51,821 bases of DNA, taken from NCBI GenBank assembly GCA_031255775.1, contig JAIRRW010000064.1:1-51821 (forward strand). The letters run 5' to 3'. Position numbers and translations under genes: made by a program. This DNA comes from Clostridiales bacterium. Lineage in GTDB: Bacteria; Bacillota; Clostridia; Christensenellales; Pumilibacteraceae. The notes under the pieces are model-generated. The model saw only the letters and a list, made by a program, of their open reading frames with translations, did no database searches and was not told the DNA's origin. This document shows positions 43,608 to 51,821 of the stretch, in pieces (within the stretch, counting starts at the first letter, position 1; every line of letters starts with the position of its first letter).

Positions 43608-46600
43608 GCGCCCTCCCCGTCCGCCGCCGGACGCGAACCGCCGGCCGCTTCCGCCAAGTCTTTTTCGGGCGGCGTCCCCGCCCTTTGCGCCGCCATTGCC
43701 TGCTCCAGCGTCTCGCGGCTTGCCGCCGACAACAGCCGCGCGCCGCCGCCGTGCGCGCAGGCCGAAAAATAGGGGCAGTAGCCGCAGGCGCCGTGCCCGT
43801 CGCTTTTTTTATAGGGATACGCGGGCAGGACGCCGCTCAATATCTCTTTGACCGCGCCGGCGGACGCCGCCCGGGCATAGTCGGCGATCGCGTCAAGCTG
43901 CGCCTCGCTGCATCCCTTTTTGTTGACGCCCGCGATCGACAGGCCGCCGTCCTTGCCGAGGCGAACCGTACATTCGATCACGCTGCTCTTGCCGCCGGCT
44001 ATCAGCGCGGCGTCCATATCGACGAGCGCCGACGGGTCGCCGTTGAAGGGGCCCGAAAGCCGATGCGAAAACGCGTCGTCCTGCCAGGACACCGAAAAGG
44101 GCAGATAAAAGAATCCGGCCGGGCGGCAGCCGTTTTCGATAAGGATGCGCATATACACCGCCAGCTGCAGCTTTCGGCCGTAAAAGAGGTCGGCGTACTC
44201 GAATTTGGTGGCGCCCGTCTTATAGTCGATGACCCGCGCGAACCCGTTGGCCGTATCCACGCGGTCGATTTTTCCGATGAGGCGCACGGGGCAGTCCGGC
44301 GTGCCCACGTCCAGTGTTTTGAGCGCGTCCCCGGGCTGGCCGAAGGATATTTCGGCGGCAAGCGGCACAAAGGCGCCGGCATTGAGCTGACGCTTCACGA
44401 CGCCGCAGAGCGTGACGGCCTCGGCCAACAGGTCGGCCTTGACCTTGCCGGACAGCCGATAGGCAAGCAGCGGATTTTTTTCGATCTCGTTTTCTAAAAG
44501 CCGCGCGATCTCCGCCTCCGCGCCCCGACATTCGCCGCCCACAAAACGCTCGACGATCCCGTGCAGCACGTTGCCGAAGTCGACGGGCGTCATCTCCCCG
44601 GTGTCGCGCTCCTTTAGCCCCAGTCCGTATCGGTAAAAATAGCGGGCCGGACACTCGAAATAGGTTTGCAACGCGCTGACGGAGGTGGTATGCGCGGGGA
44701 AAAAGAGACGTGCGGCATCTGTCAGCGGGGCGGGGGGCTCCGTCGGCGAAAACACGGCGTCCGGGTCGTAATAGCCCCTAAGCGCCCGATTTAGGGAGGC
44801 GGCGTGCGGCGAGTCCGGGCGGAGAATCCACTGCTCCAGCGCGTGCAGGGGCGCGGAATAGGCCTGCGCCGTCTCGGCGATCCCGTACTCGCCCTCAAGG
44901 AGGGCGAACCGGCGGTCGAAGTAGTCGTCCGCCCGATACGCGCCGCCGGGCTCGAGCAGCTTGAGCGCGTAGGAGGGGCGCTGTCCCTCGCTTTTAATGT
45001 ACGAAATAAAGAGGTCGGGCTGTATCCGCAAAAAGTCCTTCAAAACCTTTTGCCCCACCCGGTTTTTCTCGGCGCATTTTGGCTCCAGGCTGACCTTGCA
45101 GGCGCGCATTTTGTCTATGTCGGCGTCGCTCAACAGCCCGGTATCCGGGCTCAAAACCGGCAGAACGCCCTCGTTGCAGTTGAGGATGACCGCAAACCGA
45201 AACCGCTGGCCGCGAAAGCTGTCCAGCCCGCCCAGCTTGACGGTGTCGCTCAAAACCGGAATGTGCGCCACCTGTTCGCTGTTGAAGCCCTCCTCCAGCG
45301 TTTCGAGTAAGGAGGCGCGATCCTGCGGGTCGGTAAAGAGCGCGGCAAAGAGGTCCAGCGTGCGGCAAACCTTGTCATAGACCTGATCCAGCCGCCGATC
45401 GTCCGTCGGCTCGGGCGCGTCGGCCATGGCCGCGCAGTCGGCGCGCTCCATCAGGCGGTAGAAGGCCGCGCTCACGGCGGCGGCGTCGGTGCGCTGCCCC
45501 ACGCCCGACAGCGGCGAAACCGCGTCCAAAAGCGCCGTCCGGGCACGCTCGGCCGCCGCGGCCGTCGGCGCGGCGTCGGGCGCATCGGCGGCGGCAAAGG
45601 GCGTAAAAAAGCCCTTATACTCGATGCCCCGCATGAGCGAGAGGTTTTCAAACGCGTCCGCGTCGGCCTTGTCGATTTTGAGGTAGCGGTTTTTGACAAG
45701 CGCCAAGGCGTCGGCGCGGGCAAAGCCGCCAAAGCAGAATCCGGCGGCGGCAAGGAGAAAGCGCACCAGCTCGGTATTTTTTAGGTTGAGGCGGGTCTCC
45801 ATATAAAACGGGATGTCAAATTCGGTCAGGATGCGGCGCGCGGCCTCATAATCCGCGCCCTCGTCCACGATACACATTTCGTCATACCTAATGCCCTGCA
45901 CGGCGCGCGCGCGGATTCGGACGGCGGCCTCCTTTAACTGGGTGACGGCGTCGGGCACGCTCAAAAGCTCGACCGCGCCCCCCGTCCGATACCCCGCGTG
46001 CTCGGCCGCCTCGAACACGCAGCAGCCGGCCGCCGACCGATCCATCGCCTCAAACAGCAGCCGCTGCACGGGGGACGAACGCTCAAACAGGACAAAATAG
46101 ACGCGGCAGTTTTGGAGGTACGGCTCGCGCCGAAAAAAGCGATCCAGCGCCGAGAGCCGCCCGGCGGCGTCGGTATAGGCGCCCGCCGTCTCTTTGAGGT
46201 AGTCGGCATACAGGGTTTGGATGTCCGTCAGCTTGTAGCGCAGGCTGTCGGGAAAGGACAGCGCCTCGGGCGTGATGCCGCAGCTCAAAAAGGCGGAAAA
46301 GGTTTCGTACAGCTTGAGCGCAAAGCCCGCCGTCCGCGCCGAACGGGAAAAGCAGGTCAGCTCCTTTTTTCGCGCCAGCGCCAGCTTTTTGATCAGCATG
46401 ACCGCCCCTTTTTTGGGCAGAACGCCCGCCCCCCGGACGAGGCGCATATACAGGCGGTTAAAGGTGGTCACCTCGATGTCGAACGCGCCGTCCGAATCCA
46501 AAAAGAGCTCTTTTTCCAGCGTGAAGGTATAGATGTCGGGCGCGATGACCAGATGCCTATGCGAAAGCGCGGGCGTCCGTCCCCGCAGCATGGCCTTTAG

Positions 46601-46645
46601 CGCCTGCACCGCCTCGTAATGCGTGTTTGCCGATACCGTCTGCAT
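43601..46645 (-). CDS. addB: ATP-dependent helicase/nuclease subunit B (AddB)
   Basis: It has a C-terminal RecB-family nuclease with an Fe-S cluster (CGYCPYFSAC) and an IDYKTG motif. The start was taken at MQTVSAN, with AGAGGGAGAT upstream. Confidence 0.85.
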   Translation of the reverse strand: MQTVSANTHYEAVQALKAMLRGRTPALSHRHLVIAPDIYTFTLEKELFLDSDGAFDIEVTTFNRLYMRLVRGAGVLPKKGAVMLIKKLALARKKELTCFSRSARTAGFALKLYETFSAFLSCGITPEALSFPDSLRYKLTDIQTLYADYLKETAGAYTDAAGRLSALDRFFRREPYLQNCRVYFVLFERSSPVQRLLFEAMDRSAAGCCVFEAAEHAGYRTGGAVELLSVPDAVTQLKEAAVRIRARAVQGIRYDEMCIVDEGADYEAARRILTEFDIPFYMETRLNLKNTELVRFLLAAAGFCFGGFARADALALVKNRYLKIDKADADAFENLSLMRGIEYKGFFTPFAAADAPDAAPTAAAAERARTALLDAVSPLSGVGQRTDAAAVSAAFYRLMERADCAAMADAPEPTDDRRLDQVYDKVCRTLDLFAALFTDPQDRASLLETLEEGFNSEQVAHIPVLSDTVKLGGLDSFRGQRFRFAVILNCNEGVLPVLSPDTGLLSDADIDKMRACKVSLEPKCAEKNRVGQKVLKDFLRIQPDLFISYIKSEGQRPSYALKLLEPGGAYRADDYFDRRFALLEGEYGIAETAQAYSAPLHALEQWILRPDSPHAASLNRALRGYYDPDAVFSPTEPPAPLTDAARLFFPAHTTSVSALQTYFECPARYFYRYGLGLKERDTGEMTPVDFGNVLHGIVERFVGGECRGAEAEIARLLENEIEKNPLLAYRLSGKVKADLLAEAVTLCGVVKRQLNAGAFVPLAAEISFGQPGDALKTLDVGTPDCPVRLIGKIDRVDTANGFARVIDYKTGATKFEYADLFYGRKLQLAVYMRILIENGCRPAGFFYLPFSVSWQDDAFSHRLSGPFNGDPSALVDMDAALIAGGKSSVIECTVRLGKDGGLSIAGVNKKGCSEAQLDAIADYARAASAGAVKEILSGVLPAYPYKKSDGHGACGYCPYFSACAHGGGARLLSAASRETLEQAMAAQRAGTPPEKDLAEAAGGSRPAADGEGAW

Positions 46646-46732
46646 ATCTCCCTCTATCGGGCCCATTAGACCCATTCTATTGTAGCCGTAAAACCCTGCT
46701 CCGCGCAAGCGTTTTCGCGGGCGGTCAAGGAA

Positions 46733-46761
46733 TTGCTATTTTTTTTTCGGTGTGCTATACT
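46733..46761 (+). promoter_or_regulatory. Sigma-A promoter (TTGCTA-17-TGcTATACT) for the lipoprotein gene, divergent from addB
   Basis: Read directly. AGGAGG sits at about 46804 and the GTG start at 46820. Confidence 0.5.
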
Positions 46762-46819
46762 AGACTCTAGGTCGCCGCTTAAATTGGGGCGGCCGCTTAG
46801 ATTAGGAGGCAGACCCGCC

Positions 46820-47989
46820 GTGAAATACCCTATGAGAAAATTGAGCGTTTTTGTGCTCGCCGCCATGCTGCTGTTCGGCGCGGCGGCCTGCAACGTCGAA
46901 AATTTTGAGGATTTTAGAAATCCGCTGCCCTGGCGCACGATAGCGGGCGTCTACAAAAGGGGCGAGATCGTCGGCTATACCGTCGAAAAGACCGATGCCG
47001 CGCAAGGGGACGCCGTTGTGGGAAGGGGCTATACGATCTACGACCTGCATACGCTGGCGCCGGATGAGGCGCATTACAGCGAGGCCGAGTCCCGGGACGT
47101 GCTAAGCATGGAGACGTCCGTCACCTACAACGACAGGGCGGATCCGATCCTGCGGGGGCGGACGGATACGGTCGTCAGCCGCGTCGTCTTTGCGTCCGAT
47201 GCGCTGACCATGCGGTATTCGCGCAAGGAGGTGCGCTACGACCGCGGCTATATAAAAAACGCGGACGGCAGCGACAGCGGCCAGGAGGTCAGGCGCGACG
47301 ACTATACGCTTGTCACCGACTATCTGCAACAAAAGAGCACGCTGACCAAGATGGGGTACGACGAGGGAAAAAACGTGCTCGGCGCCCCCGTCGAATTTAG
47401 CTTTTCCGGCCAAAAGGCCGAGGCCTTGAGCAAGCTGGTGGACAACGAATTTTTGTTTTATCAGGTGCGCGCGCTGCGGGTCAAGCTTCGCGAGACCTCG
47501 ACGGGCGGCTGCGGCGGCGGCAGCGTCGAACCGGGCGGGACGGGCACGGTCAAGCTCTTAAACGCCTATCACCTGTTTGAAAACAACGTGTTTAAGACCT
47601 ACACCTATACCTATTCGTGCGCGACCGACCAGGAGGACGCCGCGGTGCTGAACGTCCCCGCGCGCCTAAACGCTTGGGGCATCACCGAGGGAAAAATCAG
47701 CTGCATCCCCACCACGCTCAGCCTCTCCGGCGGCAGCGAGGGCTCGGGCGCGGACATCAAGCTCAACTACGCCGAAAAGCCCTTTGCAAACGCGGAAACC
47801 GGTTTGGAGACCCAAAAGGTGCTCTGCTCGATCGAGACCACCGAATTCGGCCGCTTTTCCGACTCCGGCTATTACCAGTTTACCGGCGAAAAATCCTGCG
47901 TGACGACGACCGCGATCGATGACTATTACTTCGGCGATCAGCCGACGGCCTTTAAAGAGGCGCTTCGCACAAGATTACAAGAGAGTTGA
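46820..47989 (+). CDS. Hypothetical lipoprotein
   Basis: The GTG start lies 10 nt after AGGAGG. The signal peptide is MKYPMRKLSVFVLAAMLLFGAAAC, with a lipobox (LFGAAA-C). No domain was recognised. Confidence 0.6.
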   Translation: MKYPMRKLSVFVLAAMLLFGAAACNVENFEDFRNPLPWRTIAGVYKRGEIVGYTVEKTDAAQGDAVVGRGYTIYDLHTLAPDEAHYSEAESRDVLSMETSVTYNDRADPILRGRTDTVVSRVVFASDALTMRYSRKEVRYDRGYIKNADGSDSGQEVRRDDYTLVTDYLQQKSTLTKMGYDEGKNVLGAPVEFSFSGQKAEALSKLVDNEFLFYQVRALRVKLRETSTGGCGGGSVEPGGTGTVKLLNAYHLFENNVFKTYTYTYSCATDQEDAAVLNVPARLNAWGITEGKISCIPTTLSLSGGSEGSGADIKLNYAEKPFANAETGLETQKVLCSIETTEFGRFSDSGYYQFTGEKSCVTTTAIDDYYFGDQPTAFKEALRTRLQES

Positions 47990-48001
47990 AACGCGCTGCC
48001 G

Positions 48002-49363
48002 CTACTGGCGGTAGACCATGTTGCGGATGTCGGAGACGGCTTTTTTGATGCGCGGGTCCTCCTTTTGCAGGCTGCTTGCGATCTTGTTTTTGGCGTGCAT
48101 GATGGTGGTGTGGTCGCGCCCGCCCATCAGGCCGCCGATGGCGGTGAGCGGCAGGGGCAGCATTTCGGAGATCAGGTAGATGCAGATCTGGCGGGGCTCG
48201 ACGATCTCCTTGTCCCGCTTTTTGCCGACGATGTCCTCGCGCTTGACGTTGAAGTAGCGGCAGGTGGACTCGATAATGTCCTCCGCGCCCACGGCCTCGG
48301 CGGTGGGCTCGCGGTAATCCTTAAAGGCCTCGCCCGCAAGCTCGACGGTCAGCGGCTTGTCATACAGCTTGGACAGGAGGATGATCTTGTTGAGCAGGCT
48401 TTCCATCTCGCGGATGTTGCTGTCGATATGCTGTGCCATAAAGACCAGCACGTCCTCGGGGACGTTGTACTTTTCGATCTGCGCCTTTTTTTGTAAGATG
48501 GCGATGCGCGTCTCTAGGTCCGGCGGCTGGATGTCGGCGATGAGCCCCCATTCGAACCGCGAACGCAGGCGGTCCTCTAGGTCGGGGATCTCCTTGGGGG
48601 CGCGGTCGGAGGCGAATATGATTTGTTTATTGGCTTGATACAGGTCGTTAAAGGTATGAAACATTTCGGTCTGCGTACTCTCTTTTTTGGAAATAAACTG
48701 GATGTCGTCGATCATCAGGACGTCCACGCTGCGGTATTTGTCGCGAAAGTCGACGGTGATGCCGTTTTTGTTGCGGATCGACACGATCAGCTCGTTGACA
48801 AATTTTTCGGAGGAGACGTACAGCACCTTTAAATTGTGGTCGTGCTTGCGGATATAATTGCCGATGGCGTGCATGATGTGCGTCTTGCCAAGACCCGCGC
48901 CGCCGTAAATAAAGAGCGGGTTGTAGGTCGCGCCCGGGTTTTCGGATACCGCTCTGGCCGCCGCGTGCGCAAACCGATTGCACTCGCCCACGACAAAATT
49001 GTCAAAGGTATAGCGCGGGTTGATGACCATGGCGTCGGTCTTGTGCGGCTCGTCGGCCTCCTCGCGGTCGGACGGGGACGCCGCCGCGCCGTCCGCCTCC
49101 GCGTCCTTGGGGATCTCGTCGGCCAGCACGACGGCGATGTCGCCGTACAGCGGATTGACATAGGACAACACGCTGCGAATGAGCGGACGCAGGCTGTTGT
49201 TGACGGCCTCGCGGTTGGCCTCGGTGGGCGCCATAAGAACCAGCTTGCCGTCCTCGATATCCAACGCCTCCAGGGGCTTGATCCACACGTCAAAGCTGAT
49301 GGTGGACGCTTCGGTCTCCAGTATGCTGAGCATTTCCTGCCAGATTCGTTTTGCGCTGTTCAT
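48002..49363 (-). CDS. dnaA: Chromosomal replication initiator protein DnaA (full four-domain protein)
   Basis: The AAA+ Walker A is GGAGLGKTHIMHAIG and the sensor region is VDVLMIDDIQF. Domain IV is LPLTAIGGLMGGRDHTTIMHAKNKI. The start was taken at MNSAKRIWQ, with GGGGGAG upstream. Confidence 0.9.
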   Translation of the reverse strand: MNSAKRIWQEMLSILETEASTISFDVWIKPLEALDIEDGKLVLMAPTEANREAVNNSLRPLIRSVLSYVNPLYGDIAVVLADEIPKDAEADGAAASPSDREEADEPHKTDAMVINPRYTFDNFVVGECNRFAHAAARAVSENPGATYNPLFIYGGAGLGKTHIMHAIGNYIRKHDHNLKVLYVSSEKFVNELIVSIRNKNGITVDFRDKYRSVDVLMIDDIQFISKKESTQTEMFHTFNDLYQANKQIIFASDRAPKEIPDLEDRLRSRFEWGLIADIQPPDLETRIAILQKKAQIEKYNVPEDVLVFMAQHIDSNIREMESLLNKIILLSKLYDKPLTVELAGEAFKDYREPTAEAVGAEDIIESTCRYFNVKREDIVGKKRDKEIVEPRQICIYLISEMLPLPLTAIGGLMGGRDHTTIMHAKNKIASSLQKEDPRIKKAVSDIRNMVYRQ

Positions 49364-49387
49364 ACGGCCTATTCTCCCCCTGTCCTG

Positions 49388-49411
49388 CACGAATGTCCTA
49401 CACGAATGTCA
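49388..49411 (-). promoter_or_regulatory. Two 10-bp direct repeats (CACGAATGTC on the + strand, GACATTCGTG on the coding strand) in the 92-bp dnaA leader
   Basis: Read directly. The spacing is 13 bp. They do not match the DnaA-box consensus TTATCCACA. Confidence 0.35.
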
Positions 49412-49455
49412 ATCCTCTCTATACGGCATAGGTTAGCCGCCGTATAGGACGCTCG

Positions 49456-51787
<2,332 letters not shown>

Positions 51788-51821
51788 GGCGGCCTGCGGA
51801 AAGAGCTGTAGGATCAGGGTA

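Noticed and set aside
49364-49455. oriC / DnaA-box cluster next to dnaA
   Set aside because: The intergenic regions are too short (92 bp and 12 bp). No TTATCCACA-like 9-mers were seen, and only GACATTCGTG direct repeats are present.

Overview
This is a high-GC (about 60%) chromosomal segment from a sporulating Firmicute, most likely a Clostridia/Oscillospiraceae-like organism. Its left edge carries the tail of a lower-GC (about 40%) integrative element: the 3' part of a large serine recombinase gene runs straight into a tRNA-Ala(CGC) gene on the minus strand. The rest is core housekeeping DNA, almost all on the minus strand. The main gene groups are a floT-nfeD pair with a MacB-type ABC transporter, and glmM, apgM, lysC, cdaA and holA. 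They are followed by a DUF421/DUF4363 pair, mtnN, and a compressed maf-mreB-minD-minE-X-spoIVFB division/sporulation cluster. Further along are ppx/gppA, a TatD-associated radical-SAM protein with tatD and metG, spmAB, and a complete rnfCDGEAB operon. A split TSUP (TauE/SafE) gene and a 1226-aa type-I surface protein with CBM-like modules and an acidic 9-bp-repeat cytoplasmic tail come next. addBA follows, then a lipoprotein, and a dnaA gene in a non-canonical context (guaB upstream, no dnaN, no DnaA-box cluster). The most striking non-coding signal is a dense family of modular palindromic intergenic repeats (BOX/MITE-like), with at least 12 copies in 52 kb. Several copies supply the last codons and the stop of adjacent genes, and one sits between the two halves of the TSUP gene. 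Other signals are a 43-bp tandem repeat next to the tRNA and two MITE-like units flanked by inverted or direct repeats. There is also a 17-bp perfect hairpin with 17-bp direct repeats downstream of glmM. No CRISPR array, rRNA or recognisable riboswitch was seen. Hand-counted coordinates may be off by 1-2 nt. CDS ends follow the supplied ORF track, with starts re-evaluated by RBS and family knowledge.
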